Source: Acidobacteriota bacterium (GTDB lineage Bacteria > Acidobacteriota > B3-B38 > Guanabaribacteriales > JAGGZT01). Taken from it: a stretch of 64,000 nucleotides of DNA. Location: NCBI GenBank assembly GCA_021161905.1, contig JAGGZT010000009.1, forward strand, positions 11,092-75,091, written 5' to 3'. Under the pieces are notes generated by a model. That model was not told where the DNA came from. It saw only the letters and a list, made by a program, of their open reading frames with translations, and ran no database searches. Position 1 is the first letter of the stretch. Each line of letters starts with the position of its first letter. The position numbers and the translations under genes are program-made. Positions 54,586 to 64,000 of the stretch are shown here, piece after piece.

Positions 54586-54886
54586 ATTCCCTATGGACCC
54601 GCTTATAGAGCGTCTTAATTCTCTTGAAAAGAAGCTATCTCAAATGGTAGAATATATCAAAAGAGCCAAGCGGGAAAGAAACGAAGCCTTTTGTAAGGTG
54701 GAAGAATTAACGGCTCTTTTAAGAAACAAGGAACAAGCTCTTAAAGAGCTTACGCAAACAAAAGAAAGGGAGTTAAAACTGAGGGAAAACCTAAAAAGAT
54801 TTGAAGAAGAAAGGGAGAAAATTAAATCGAAGATAAAGACGATACTAAGAGAGATTTCAGAACTGGAGAAAAAACAGGGAATATAA
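54578..54886 (+). CDS. coiled-coil protein (ZapB-like cell-division factor candidate)
   Basis: Continuous heptad-rich sequence LIERLNSLEKKLSQMVEYIKRAKRERNEAF...LRENLKRFEEEREKIKSKIK, lying immediately upstream of zapA. The start is uncertain (ATG 54578 or 54593). Confidence 0.55.
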   Translation: MGKFPMDPLIERLNSLEKKLSQMVEYIKRAKRERNEAFCKVEELTALLRNKEQALKELTQTKERELKLRENLKRFEEEREKIKSKIKTILREISELEKKQGI

Positions 54887-54903
54887 GCCAACTTGCCGAT
54901 GCT

Positions 54904-55200
54904 ATGAGAGGGGAGCGGAATACTCCAATAGAGGTTGAAATTGGGGGACAAGTTTATCGAATCCAGGGGGTAGGCAGTAAGCGATATCTTATGGAGCTCG
55001 CCTCATATGTAGACAGGAAGATCCAAGAGATCGCAGAAGCAACACAAGCGGTTGATTCGGTAAAACTGGCTGTTCTTGCTGCCTTGAATATTGCCGATGA
55101 ATACTTCCGGATGAAAAAGGATTATCAACTTCTTTGTCGAAAAGCGCTTGATAAGTTGGAACGAATGGAGAACCTATTAGCTGAGGTAGGGAAAGAGTGA
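54904..55200 (+). CDS. zapA: cell division protein ZapA
   Basis: IEVEIGGQVYRIQGVGSKRYLMELASYVDRKIQEIAE...KLAVLAALNIADEY. Confidence 0.85.
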   Translation: MRGERNTPIEVEIGGQVYRIQGVGSKRYLMELASYVDRKIQEIAEATQAVDSVKLAVLAALNIADEYFRMKKDYQLLCRKALDKLERMENLLAEVGKE

Positions 55201-55238
55201 GTTTTACCAATCGAATAAAGAGAAAAGTATTATGCTTT

Positions 55239-55423
55239 CTCCCCTACGAAGCCGGCGTTGAGATGAGAAAACTGAGCCAACACCTCTGAAATGGGAGTCC
55301 GGGTCTTTTCACGGTGTGCAAGCCCTCCTCCTCTTTATGAGAGGGAAGCCTAAAGTGAAAAGCAGGACACCCACCTGGGAGACCAGGTTCAGATGATTAT
55401 CTCAACGCAGCTCCGTGGGGGAG
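55239..55423 (+). ncRNA. ssrS: 6S RNA candidate
   Basis: About 185 nt in the 332-nt zapA-rny gap. 5' CTCCCCTACGAAGC..GCGTTGAGAT pairs with 3' ATCTCAACGC.GCTCCGTGGGGGAG, giving a closing stem of about 24 bp. An inner helix forms from CTTTTCAC/GTGAAAAG and CCCTC/GAGGG. Unpaired central segments include a small 3'-side hairpin CCTGGgagaCCAGG. A TATTAT -10-like box lies 5 nt upstream. Confidence 0.65.
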
Positions 55424-55532
55424 TTTATATTTAAACCTTGCAAGTGCTTCCCCAGAGGCAAAGTGGTTTTATATTCCCCTCGGAAGATTTCCACGAAAAT
55501 ATTATGAGCGTTGAGAAAGGGGTGAGAAGAAG

Positions 55533-57098
55533 GTGAAGGGTTACTTGATAGAACTACTAATCGCACTAGCAGTAGGTTTTGGCTTTTTTCTCACTTGGTA
55601 CTTAGTGAGAAAATACAAGATAAACGAGATCATAAAGGAAGCGAAGAAAAAAGCAGAACAGATAATCGAAGAAGCAAAAAGAGAAGGAGAAACCTTAAAG
55701 AAAGAAGCTGCCCTCGAAGCGAGGGAGCAGATGATAGCTTTGAAAGCTGAAACCGAGGAACAACTTAGAATAAGAAGGAGAGAGCTCCAAAGCTATGAGA
55801 GGAGGCTTCAGCAACGCGAAGAGCAATTGGAGCGGAAGAATTACCAGCTTGAAGTCAAAGAGCGGGATTTGCGGGAAAAAGAGAAACGAATCTCTTACAA
55901 TGCTCAAAAAATAGCCAAGATGGAGCAGAGATACAACCGTCTCATCCGAGAACAAGAAGAGCAATTGGAGCGGATTTCGGGAATGAGCGTGGAGGAAGCA
56001 AAAGAAGCGTTGATGAAGATCATAGAGGAAGACGCGAAAAAGGAAGCAGCGAAGATAGTAAAAAGCATCGAAGAAGAAGCAAGGGAACAGGGGCTCGCTA
56101 AGGCGAAGGAGATAATTGCCCAAGCAATCCAGCGTTGTGCTTCAGAACATGTAGTGGAGACGACCGTATCGGTAGTGGACCTTCCCAATGACGATATGAA
56201 GGGGAGGATCATTGGTCGTGAGGGAAGAAACATCAGAGCTTTAGAGATGGCTACCGGAATTGATCTAATAATAGACGACACACCGGAAGCGGTGATCATA
56301 TCGAGCTTCGATCCTCTTCGTCGGGAGATAGCTAAGGTATCTCTCGAAAGGCTTATCGCCGATGGGAGGATACATCCCGCCCGAATCGAGGAGGTGGTGG
56401 AAAAGGTAAAAGCTGAGTTCGAAGAAAAGATGAAAAAGGAAGGAGAGACCGCAGCACTCGATCTCGGGATCCAAGAGGTCCATCCGGAACTGCTCAAACT
56501 ATTGGGCAAACTTTATTACCGCACCTCCTATGGTCAAAATACCCTTCAGCATTCTAAAGAGGTAGCCATTTTAGCTGGCTTGATGGCGGTGGAGCTTGGG
56601 GCAGATGTTCAGGTAGCGAAACGGGGAGGGCTTCTGCACGATATAGGGAAGGCAATAGATCGAGAAACCGAGGGGACTCATACCAAGTTGGGAGTGGACA
56701 TCTTAAAGCGATATGGAGAGGACCCCCGGGTGATCCACTGTGTTGAGGCACACCATTCCGATGTCGAACCCCAAACAATAGAGGCGGTATTGGTCCAGGC
56801 TGCAGACACCCTTTCCGCTGCCCGTCCCGGTGCTAGGCGGGAGATATTGGAAAACTATATCAAGCGGTTGGAAAAACTTGAGAGTATTGCCGATTCTTAC
56901 CATGGGGTATCAAAAGCTTACGCCATCCAGGCAGGAAGAGAGGTTCGAATAATAGTCGAGAGCGATAAGGTAACTGACGATGAGGCAATCTGGCTCTCCA
57001 AAGATATCGCCCGGCGGATAGAAAGGGAACTCGATTATCCCGGCGAGATCAAAGTCACCGTGATACGGGAGACAAGGGCGATAGATTATGCTAAATGA
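55533..57098 (+). CDS. rny: ribonuclease Y
   Basis: GTG start. N-terminal TM, long coiled coil, KH domain ([15 protein letters not shown]) and HD domain (GLLHDIGKA...HH). Confidence 0.95.
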   Translation: MKGYLIELLIALAVGFGFFLTWYLVRKYKINEIIKEAKKKAEQIIEEAKREGETLKKEAALEAREQMIALKAETEEQLRIRRRELQSYERRLQQREEQLERKNYQLEVKERDLREKEKRISYNAQKIAKMEQRYNRLIREQEEQLERISGMSVEEAKEALMKIIEEDAKKEAAKIVKSIEEEAREQGLAKAKEIIAQAIQRCASEHVVETTVSVVDLPNDDMKGRIIGREGRNIRALEMATGIDLIIDDTPEAVIISSFDPLRREIAKVSLERLIADGRIHPARIEEVVEKVKAEFEEKMKKEGETAALDLGIQEVHPELLKLLGKLYYRTSYGQNTLQHSKEVAILAGLMAVELGADVQVAKRGGLLHDIGKAIDRETEGTHTKLGVDILKRYGEDPRVIHCVEAHHSDVEPQTIEAVLVQAADTLSAARPGARREILENYIKRLEKLESIADSYHGVSKAYAIQAGREVRIIVESDKVTDDEAIWLSKDIARRIERELDYPGEIKVTVIRETRAIDYAK

Positions 57099-57110
57099 AG
57101 GCGGGGTTTA

Positions 57111-57926
57111 ATGAATATCCTCTTTATAGGCGACATAATGGGAAAACCGGGGAGGCGTGCTCTAAAAGAGCAATTCCAAAAGCTGATCGACGAGTTCAAT
57201 ATAGACTTCACCATAGTGAATGTAGAAAATGCTGCTGGTGGCTTTGGGATAACCCCCAAAATAGCTGAGGAGTTTCTTTCCTTGGGAGCGAATGTCCTCA
57301 CTTCGGGTAATCACATCTGGGATCGACGAGAGATATACGAGTACCTGGAAAAGGAACCGAGACTCCTCAGGCCGGAAAACTACCCCCCAGAGAGCCCAGG
57401 GAAGGGGATCTATTTAGGTAAAGCGGCTGATGGAAATCTGATAGGAGTAGTAAATTTGCTTGGCAAAACCTTTATGCGCTGTTTCGAATGTCCCTTTCGG
57501 GCAGCAGAGCGAATCACCTCGGAGCTAAAGGAGATAACCAACATCGTGGTAGTCGATTTCCACGCTGAGGCGACTTCGGAGAAGGTAGCTATGGGGTGGT
57601 TTCTCGATGGGCGGGTCAGCGCAGTGATCGGCACTCATACCCATGTTCAGACCGCTGATGAGCGGGTGCTGCCCGGAGGAACCGCTTACATCACCGATGT
57701 AGGTATGACCGGACCCCACGATTCAGTAATCGGAATAAAGAAGGAAATAGCTATCGAGAGGTTTCTCACCTATCTTCCCAATCGATTTGAGGTGGCTAAG
57801 GGGGATGTTCGACTCTCGGCAGTGGTTATCGAGATCGACACAGAAACCGGGCTTTCCCGAACGATTAAAAAAATCCAATATCCTATAGCTTCCAAAACCG
57901 AGCAAGAGGGAAACGAGGGATTATAG
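57111..57926 (+). CDS. ymdB: YmdB-family (TIGR00282) metallophosphoesterase
   Basis: MNILFIGDIMGKPGR...VNVENAAGGFG...DFHAEATSEK...GTHTHVQTADE. The rny-ymdB pairing is conserved. Confidence 0.9.
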   Translation: MNILFIGDIMGKPGRRALKEQFQKLIDEFNIDFTIVNVENAAGGFGITPKIAEEFLSLGANVLTSGNHIWDRREIYEYLEKEPRLLRPENYPPESPGKGIYLGKAADGNLIGVVNLLGKTFMRCFECPFRAAERITSELKEITNIVVVDFHAEATSEKVAMGWFLDGRVSAVIGTHTHVQTADERVLPGGTAYITDVGMTGPHDSVIGIKKEIAIERFLTYLPNRFEVAKGDVRLSAVVIEIDTETGLSRTIKKIQYPIASKTEQEGNEGL

Positions 57927-59288
57927 ATGGAAGACCTTCCCGGATGGGAGAGGAAAATATATTCCGTCTCCGAGTTAAATAGACTGGTTCGTTTTCAACT
58001 TGAGACTGAGTTTCCCAATATCTTTGTCGAAGGGGAGATATCCAATCTCCGTTCCCCCATATCAGGACATCTCTATTTCACCTTGAAAGATGAATTTTCC
58101 CAACTAAAGGCGGTTATGTTTCGAAGTTACACCGAACTCCTCCGGTTCGTACCAGAAGATGGGATGAAGGTCATCGCTCAGGGAACCCTCACCCTTTATG
58201 AGCCGAGGGGAGAATATCAACTGAATGTATCCCTTCTCGAGCCAAAAGGGATAGGTGCTCTTCAGCTCGCCTTGGAACAGCTAAAAAGAAAGCTAAAAGC
58301 AGAGGGATTGTTCGATGAAAAGCACAAGAAAAAGATCCCCCTTTATCCTAAGAAGATCGGGATCATAACCTCCCCCACCGGTGCCGCCATAAGGGACATC
58401 TTGAGGATAATCAAGCGAAGATTCGCTGAGGTCGAAATTTTAATCTTCCCTACCCGGGTTCAGGGAGAGGAGGCGGCAAGGGAGATAGCCTTTGCCATCG
58501 AGTATATGAATACGAGGGATGATATTGATGTTCTCATCTTAGCAAGGGGTGGTGGCTCTTTCGAAGATCTGCTTCCGTTCAACGATGAGACCGTTGCCCG
58601 AAAGATATTCGCCTCTCGCATCCCAGTGATATCAGCGGTAGGACATGAGATAGACTATACCATCGCCGATATGGTCGCCGATCTACGCGCCCCTACCCCA
58701 TCTGCTGCTGCCGAGCTGGTGGTTAGAAATAAAGAGGAGGTCATTGAAAATCTAAGAAGCCTCGAACAGCGGTTGATAAACTCCTTCTCATACATCCTCG
58801 AAATTAAGCGAAGAAAAACGACTGAGCTTATGAACCGCCCTGCCCTCCTTTCGCTGCCTGGCACCCTTAGTCAGTATCTCCAGCGGGTAGATGAGCTTCA
58901 CTATCGTCTATCTGCCAATCTCGAGGGTTTCATCCATACAATACAAACCCGTCTCTCCTTAGCCAATAAGGGATTAAGGAGGATAGACCTCAAACGGATG
59001 ATAGGTGAAAAACGAAAAGAGATTCAGCTTTATCTCACGAAGATATCGAACCTTACCGAGGGTTCCTTCAGGGAAAAGGAGAAAGTTATCAGTACCTTGG
59101 GGGGGAAATTGGAGAGCCTTAACCCAACCGCTATCTTAAACCGAGGATATGCCATCTGCACCAAATCAAAAGAAGAAAAGCCGCTTCTCGCCGCCTCCCA
59201 AGTGAAGTCAGGGGAAAGGGTCAATGTAAGGCTCTCTTTGGGCAAACTCGGTTGTACCGTTGAGGAAACCTTTCTTGGGGAAGGCTAA
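57927..59288 (+). CDS. xseA: exodeoxyribonuclease VII large subunit
   Basis: SVSELNRLVRFQLETEFPNIFVEGEISN...GHLYFTLKD...ARGGGSFEDL. Confidence 0.95.
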   Translation: MEDLPGWERKIYSVSELNRLVRFQLETEFPNIFVEGEISNLRSPISGHLYFTLKDEFSQLKAVMFRSYTELLRFVPEDGMKVIAQGTLTLYEPRGEYQLNVSLLEPKGIGALQLALEQLKRKLKAEGLFDEKHKKKIPLYPKKIGIITSPTGAAIRDILRIIKRRFAEVEILIFPTRVQGEEAAREIAFAIEYMNTRDDIDVLILARGGGSFEDLLPFNDETVARKIFASRIPVISAVGHEIDYTIADMVADLRAPTPSAAAELVVRNKEEVIENLRSLEQRLINSFSYILEIKRRKTTELMNRPALLSLPGTLSQYLQRVDELHYRLSANLEGFIHTIQTRLSLANKGLRRIDLKRMIGEKRKEIQLYLTKISNLTEGSFREKEKVISTLGGKLESLNPTAILNRGYAICTKSKEEKPLLAASQVKSGERVNVRLSLGKLGCTVEETFLGEG

Positions 59289-59539
59289 TGAGTAATAAAA
59301 AGAAAGAAAAGAGCTTCGAAGATGCTTTAAAAAGACTGGAAGAAATAGTCGCCCTCCTTGAAAAAGGGGGGCTAAGTCTTGAGGAATCCCTCTCCCTCTT
59401 CGAGGAAGGGGTTAACCTCTCCCGTTTCCTCCATAAAAAGCTGAAGGAGGCGGAAAGGAAAGTGGAGATACTAAAGCAGACCGAAACTGGCGATTTTACC
59501 GAAGCCCCATTCGAAGAAGGGATAGAGGAGGAAGAATAG
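59288..59539 (+). CDS. xseB: exodeoxyribonuclease VII small subunit
   Basis: SFEDALKRLEEIVALLEKGGLSLEESLSLFEEGVNLSRF. Confidence 0.93.
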   Translation: MSNKKKEKSFEDALKRLEEIVALLEKGGLSLEESLSLFEEGVNLSRFLHKKLKEAERKVEILKQTETGDFTEAPFEEGIEEEE

Positions 59540-59547
59540 AGCGAAAG

Positions 59548-60435
59548 ATGAATTTAGCTTCCTATCTGGCATCAAAAAAAGAAAAAATAGACAGGACTCT
59601 TGACACTATATTACCCAAGCCAGATGAGTACCCCGAGATCATCCACCGGGCGATGCGGTACTCGGTCTTTGCCGGAGGGAAAAGACTCCGTCCTATCCTC
59701 GCCCTCGCCTCCGCCGAGGCGGTCGGCGGTAAGGAGGAAGAAATACTCCCCATCGCCTGTTCCCTGGAATTGATCCATACCTACTCCCTCATCCATGATG
59801 ACCTCCCAGCGATGGATAACGACGACTTCCGCCGAGGGAAGCCAACCTCCCACCGGGTTTTCGGCGAAGCAATAGCCATCTTAGCTGGCGATGCCCTTTT
59901 AACCCTTGCCTTCGAACAGTTGGCGGCAGTTCCAGAAGATCTGGTACCCCCCAAAAGAAAGATAAAAGTAATAAAAGAGATAGCTTCTGCCTCCGGTAGC
60001 CGAGGAATGGTGGGAGGACAGGTGGTCGATATCGAATCTGAGGGGAAAAAGGTAAACCTTCCCACTGTAACCTACATCCACCAAGCGAAAACAGGAAGAT
60101 TGATCACCGCCTCGGTACGAATAGGAGGCATTGTAGCAGGTGCCACTCCCTCTCAGCTCGATGCCCTCTCCGTCTATGGAGAAAATGTTGGTCTTGCCTT
60201 CCAGATAATCGACGATATCCTCGACATCACCGGCTCCAAGGAGAAGTTGGGGAAAGAGGTTGCCAAGGACGCTATCCGAGGTAAGGCTACCTATCCTGGG
60301 GTAGTAGGTATTGCAGAAGCAAAAAAACGGGCTTTTGAAGCGGCAGAGGAAGCGATAAAGGCTCTCTCTCAATTTGGGGAGGCTGCCCGCCCCCTTAGAG
60401 AGATAGCAAAGTTCATTATCTCCCGGGAGACATAA
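59548..60435 (+). CDS. ispA: farnesyl/geranylgeranyl diphosphate synthase (polyprenyl synthetase family)
   Basis: First and second Asp-rich motifs LIHDDLPAMDNDDFRRG and FQIIDDILD. Confidence 0.92.
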   Translation: MNLASYLASKKEKIDRTLDTILPKPDEYPEIIHRAMRYSVFAGGKRLRPILALASAEAVGGKEEEILPIACSLELIHTYSLIHDDLPAMDNDDFRRGKPTSHRVFGEAIAILAGDALLTLAFEQLAAVPEDLVPPKRKIKVIKEIASASGSRGMVGGQVVDIESEGKKVNLPTVTYIHQAKTGRLITASVRIGGIVAGATPSQLDALSVYGENVGLAFQIIDDILDITGSKEKLGKEVAKDAIRGKATYPGVVGIAEAKKRAFEAAEEAIKALSQFGEAARPLREIAKFIISRET

Positions 60436-60487
60436 CTTTGCCTATTCGTCACTATTTGAGGTATGATATAAGAAGGAGTCCGTTAAG

Positions 60488-62383
60488 ATGGAGAAAAGGA
60501 TGCTGGAGAAGATAAATTCGCCTCAAGACCTAAAAAAACTCTCCATAAACGAGCTTGCCCAACTTGCCAAGGAGATACGGGAATTCATCATCGATGTGGT
60601 ATCGAAAACTGGAGGACATTTAGCATCAAATCTTGGTGCTGTGGAACTAACATTAGCCCTCCATTATGTTTTCGACTTCAGTAAGGATAGAATCATTTGG
60701 GATGTAGGACATCAGACCTATACTCATAAGATAATAACTGGGAGAAGGGAAAAGTTCCCCACCTTAAGGCAATATGGAGGAATAAGCGGCTTCCCGAGAA
60801 GAGAGGAAAGTCCCTACGATCACTTCAACACGGGACACAGCAGTACTTCTATCTCAGCAGCGCTTGGGATGGCAGCTGCCAGGGATTACAAGAAAGAAAA
60901 CCATTATGTGGTAGCGGTGATCGGCGATGGGTCAATGACCGCAGGTTTGGCTCTCGAAGGACTAAACCAAGCAGGGTATTTGGGGAAAAACCTGATCCTC
61001 ATCCTAAACGATAACGAGATGTCCATCTCCCCCAATGTGGGTGCCATTTCGAGGTATCTCCATCAAATCATAACAGGTCAGGTTTACAACAAGCTGAAGG
61101 AAGATATTAAAACCCTCCTTGGCTTTATCCCGGTATTCGGGGAACAGATGATCCGTTTTGCTCACAGTATCGAAGAGGCGGTTAAACGGATATTCGTACC
61201 CGGTATGCTGTTTGAAGAGCTTGGTTTCAAATATATAGGACCGGTGAAAGGTCATAATCTCCCTCAACTCATAGAGGTTTTGAACGAGATAAAAAAGATA
61301 GAGGGACCAATCCTCCTCCATATAACAACCAAAAAGGGGAAAGGGTATCCTCCAGCAGAGAAGAGCCCCACCCTTTTCCATGGAGCCTCTCCCTTCGTAA
61401 TAAAAGATGGGACATTTATCAAAAAGAAAGACGCTCCTCCCACTTACACCAAGGTCTTCGGTGAGACGATAACAGAATTAGCCGCCAAAGACAAAAATAT
61501 CATCTGTATAACCGCAGCAATGCCAGAAGGAACTGGTCTTAACAAGTTCGCTGAGAAATTTCCCGATCGTTTCTTCGATGTAGGGATAGCGGAACAGCAT
61601 GGTATAACCTTCGCTGCAGGCTTGGCCTGTGAGGGTTTGAAACCAGTGGCTGCGATATACTCTACCTTTCTCCAACGAGCGCTTGACGAGGTCCTTCACG
61701 ATGTGTGCCTGATGGACCTTCCGGTTACCATCGCTATGGACCGGGCTGGTATCGTCGGCGATGACGGACCAACCCACCATGGGCTCTACGATCTCTCCTA
61801 CCTCCGCTCCCTCCCCAACATAATAATCATGGCGCCCAAGGATGAAAATGAACTAAAGCATATGCTTTATACCGCCATAGAAACGCCTCATCCTGTAGCT
61901 ATCAGATATCCTCGAGGAGAAGCGGTGGGGGTACCATTGGACCCTGAATGTAAACTCCTACCTATTGGACGGGGGGAAATACTTCGGGAGGGAAAGGAGT
62001 TAGCGATTTTCGCCATTGGCCATATGGTGTACCCCTCTTTGGAAGCGGCGGAACGCCTATCCAAGGAAGGAATTGAGGCTTTCGTGGTCAACGCTCGGTT
62101 TGTAAAACCCCTTGATGAGGAACTCATCTCCCAATTGGCGAGTAAGGTCACCTTGGTCGTCACTGTGGAAGAGAATTCACTTCTCGGCGGATTTGGGAGT
62201 GCAATCTGTGAACTCCTTGCAGACACCAATGTAAGAGAACCGAGGATATTACGAATTGGAGTGCCCGATGAGATAATCCCCCACGGCTCCCAGCATATCC
62301 TGCGTCATAGATTGGGGCTTGATGGGGAGGGGATCTACCGTCGAATATCAAAGTTCCTGAAAGAAACAGAAAAAAACAAATAG
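60488..62383 (+). CDS. dxs: 1-deoxy-D-xylulose-5-phosphate synthase
   Basis: [10 protein letters not shown]...[21 protein letters not shown]...GDGSMTAG...IAEQH. Confidence 0.96.
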   Translation: MEKRMLEKINSPQDLKKLSINELAQLAKEIREFIIDVVSKTGGHLASNLGAVELTLALHYVFDFSKDRIIWDVGHQTYTHKIITGRREKFPTLRQYGGISGFPRREESPYDHFNTGHSSTSISAALGMAAARDYKKENHYVVAVIGDGSMTAGLALEGLNQAGYLGKNLILILNDNEMSISPNVGAISRYLHQIITGQVYNKLKEDIKTLLGFIPVFGEQMIRFAHSIEEAVKRIFVPGMLFEELGFKYIGPVKGHNLPQLIEVLNEIKKIEGPILLHITTKKGKGYPPAEKSPTLFHGASPFVIKDGTFIKKKDAPPTYTKVFGETITELAAKDKNIICITAAMPEGTGLNKFAEKFPDRFFDVGIAEQHGITFAAGLACEGLKPVAAIYSTFLQRALDEVLHDVCLMDLPVTIAMDRAGIVGDDGPTHHGLYDLSYLRSLPNIIIMAPKDENELKHMLYTAIETPHPVAIRYPRGEAVGVPLDPECKLLPIGRGEILREGKELAIFAIGHMVYPSLEAAERLSKEGIEAFVVNARFVKPLDEELISQLASKVTLVVTVEENSLLGGFGSAICELLADTNVREPRILRIGVPDEIIPHGSQHILRHRLGLDGEGIYRRISKFLKETEKNK

Positions 62384-62388
62384 AAGCT

Positions 62389-63126
62389 ATGGGAAAAGAG
62401 CGAGCAGACCTCCTCCTCGTGAGGAAGGGTTTGGTGGAAACTCGAGAGAAAGCAAAAAGGCTCATTATGGCAGGAGCGGTAAAAGCAGGGGAGAAAAGGA
62501 TAAAAAAGCCGAGCGAGCTCATAGAAGAAAACGAAGAGCTCAAAGTAACAGAAACGCTCCCTTATGTAAGCCGAGGGGGGATCAAACTTGCTTTTGCCCT
62601 CGATCATTTCGGAATAGAGATCCGGGGGAAGGTGGTACTCGATGTGGGCGCCAGTACCGGAGGCTTCACCGATTGTCTTATAAAGCGGGGGGCAAAAAAG
62701 GTTTACGCCCTTGATGTGGGCTATGGTCAGCTCGACTGGCGCCTTCGCAAAGACCCAAGGGTAGTACCGATCGAAAGGCAAAACATACGCTACTTTATCA
62801 AAGAACAACGGCCCCAACCGGTGGATCTCATCACAGTGGATGTCTCCTTCATCTCCCTAAAGAAAGTTCTCCCCCACCTTATCCCTCTCGTCATAGAAGG
62901 AGGGGAGATCCTCTGCCTGATCAAACCCCAATTTGAGGTGGGAAAAGAAGAGGTAGAGAAGAAAGGGATTATCAAAACACCGGAAAAACATAAAAAAGTG
63001 GTTGAGGAAATATCCATATTTGCTCAAAATATTGGGTTGGTGAGTAAGGGAATCATCCCTTCACCCATTCTCGGGGTTAAAGGAAATAAGGAGTTCTTTA
63101 TCTATCTGGTAAAGCCAAAAGGGTAA
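62389..63126 (+). CDS. tlyA: TlyA-family rRNA 2'-O-methyltransferase
   Basis: S4-like N-terminus (RADLLLVRKGLVETREKAKRLIMAGAV), then VSRGGIKL...LDVGASTGGFTD. Confidence 0.92.
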   Translation: MGKERADLLLVRKGLVETREKAKRLIMAGAVKAGEKRIKKPSELIEENEELKVTETLPYVSRGGIKLAFALDHFGIEIRGKVVLDVGASTGGFTDCLIKRGAKKVYALDVGYGQLDWRLRKDPRVVPIERQNIRYFIKEQRPQPVDLITVDVSFISLKKVLPHLIPLVIEGGEILCLIKPQFEVGKEEVEKKGIIKTPEKHKKVVEEISIFAQNIGLVSKGIIPSPILGVKGNKEFFIYLVKPKG

Positions 63127-63133
63127 GGTACCG

Positions 63134-63994
63134 ATGGAGATAAGATGTGCGGGAATCATAGCCAAGCCAAAAGCAGAGGTGGCAAAGAAGGTCATCGCTG
63201 AGCTCCTCAGCTGGCTAAAGGAAAAGAAAATAGAGGTTATCTTCGACAATCAAACCGCTGCCCTTGCTGAGGGGGTTACCGGCGAATCACGAGAGATCCT
63301 TGCCAATAAAGCTGACCTTATCATCGTATTGGGAGGTGATGGAACCCTTTTAAATGTCGCTCATTCGATAAAGGGAAGCAAAACCCCTATCCTGGCAGTA
63401 AATTTAGGGAGTATGGGCTTTCTCACCGAGGTGAGTTTGAACGATCTTTATCCCATGCTCACCAAGGTACTTGAGGGAGAATATCGCCTTGATCCGCGGA
63501 TGATGCTATACTCCCGCCTCTTTCGCCATAGTGAGGAGATGCTCAGCTATCATGTGCTCAACGATGTAGTGATAAACAAGAGTGCTCTCGCCCGGATAAT
63601 AGACATAGAGGTACGCATAGATGGCCACCTGGTAACTGTGTTTAAATCGGACGGACTAATCATTGCTACTCCTACCGGTTCAACCGCTTACTCCTTAGCC
63701 GCGGGAGGTCCTATAATCTTTCCCAGTATGGAGGCGGTCATAATAACCCCTATCTGCCCCCATAGTCTCACTAATCGATCATTGGTAGTGCCGCCCGATT
63801 CAACCATCGAAGCGACCTTAAAAACCACCGATGAAGAGGTCTACCTCACCCTCGATGGACAAGAGGGACTATTCTTGAGACCAGGAGATAAAATAGAGAT
63901 AGTAAAAAGCCCGCATATTCTTTACCTCATCCATTCACCCCGGAAGAACTATTTTGAAGTATTAAGAAACAAACTAAAATGGGGCGAAAGATAA
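63134..63994 (+). CDS. nadK: NAD kinase
   Basis: LIIVLGGDGTLL, NLGSMGFLTE and GLIIATPTGSTAYSLAAGGPI. Confidence 0.95.
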   Translation: MEIRCAGIIAKPKAEVAKKVIAELLSWLKEKKIEVIFDNQTAALAEGVTGESREILANKADLIIVLGGDGTLLNVAHSIKGSKTPILAVNLGSMGFLTEVSLNDLYPMLTKVLEGEYRLDPRMMLYSRLFRHSEEMLSYHVLNDVVINKSALARIIDIEVRIDGHLVTVFKSDGLIIATPTGSTAYSLAAGGPIIFPSMEAVIITPICPHSLTNRSLVVPPDSTIEATLKTTDEEVYLTLDGQEGLFLRPGDKIEIVKSPHILYLIHSPRKNYFEVLRNKLKWGER

Positions 63995-64000
63995 GACGAG

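Noticed and set aside
55427-55532. Promoter or leader element for rny downstream of the 6S RNA candidate (TTGCAA ... TTATAT).
   Set aside because: The spacing between the candidate -35 and -10 hexamers is about 25 nt, too long for a sigma70 promoter. I could not support any specific call.

Overview
Densely coding 64-kb chromosomal window from a diderm bacterium. LptF/G, a Wza-type exporter and outer-membrane beta-barrel genes are present; I cannot assign a phylum by eye.

Layout, left to right:
- 1-1539 (-): partial M14 peptidase, open to the window edge and absent from the ORF track.
- A zinc-ribbon SAM methyltransferase and a truncated O-antigen-ligase-like gene.
- A c-di-GMP-flavoured signalling pair: a pseudo-receiver/DUF4388 protein and a multi-GAF protein with a degenerate GGDEF domain.
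- A fused LptF-LptG permease, a DPP-IV-type S9 peptidase and ahcY-metK.
- About 1.1 kb of decayed gene remnants (15.7-16.9 kb).
- 17115-39759 (-): a roughly 22.6-kb, 19-gene, single-strand exopolysaccharide/O-antigen-type operon. Reading in the transcription direction it encodes an HTH regulator, an ExeA-like ATPase fused to HD-GYP, an FG-GAP propeller fused to Wza, Wzc, a MinD-like ATPase, Wzy-like, Wzx, 3 GT2, 4 GT4, a PHP protein, WbqC, PIG-L, DegT and a WecA-like transferase.
- A divergent cca / alaX pair.
- 42557-48079 (-): a 5.5-kb, seven-gene RiPP-like operon lying directly behind tRNA-Val.
- A plus-strand housekeeping block: thrS-infC-rpmI-rplT-pheS-pheT, a coiled-coil gene, zapA, a predicted 6S RNA, then rny-ymdB-xseA-xseB-ispA-dxs-tlyA-nadK.

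The most interesting locus is the RiPP-like operon. It combines a radical SAM/SPASM enzyme, a B12-binding radical SAM enzyme, a PqqD-type chaperone, an HPr-kinase-like protein, a PF14907-type nucleotidyltransferase and a SipW-like peptidase. These surround an unannotated 51-codon Cys/Thr-rich ORF (44533-44688, -) that ends in Ser. I do not recognise this enzyme combination as any characterised peptide natural-product class.

No CRISPR array, rRNA, transposase or integrase was seen.

Limits: all functional calls come from motif and family recognition by eye on the supplied translations, plus my own translation of gaps. I ran no database search, HMM, RNA-folding or composition calculation.
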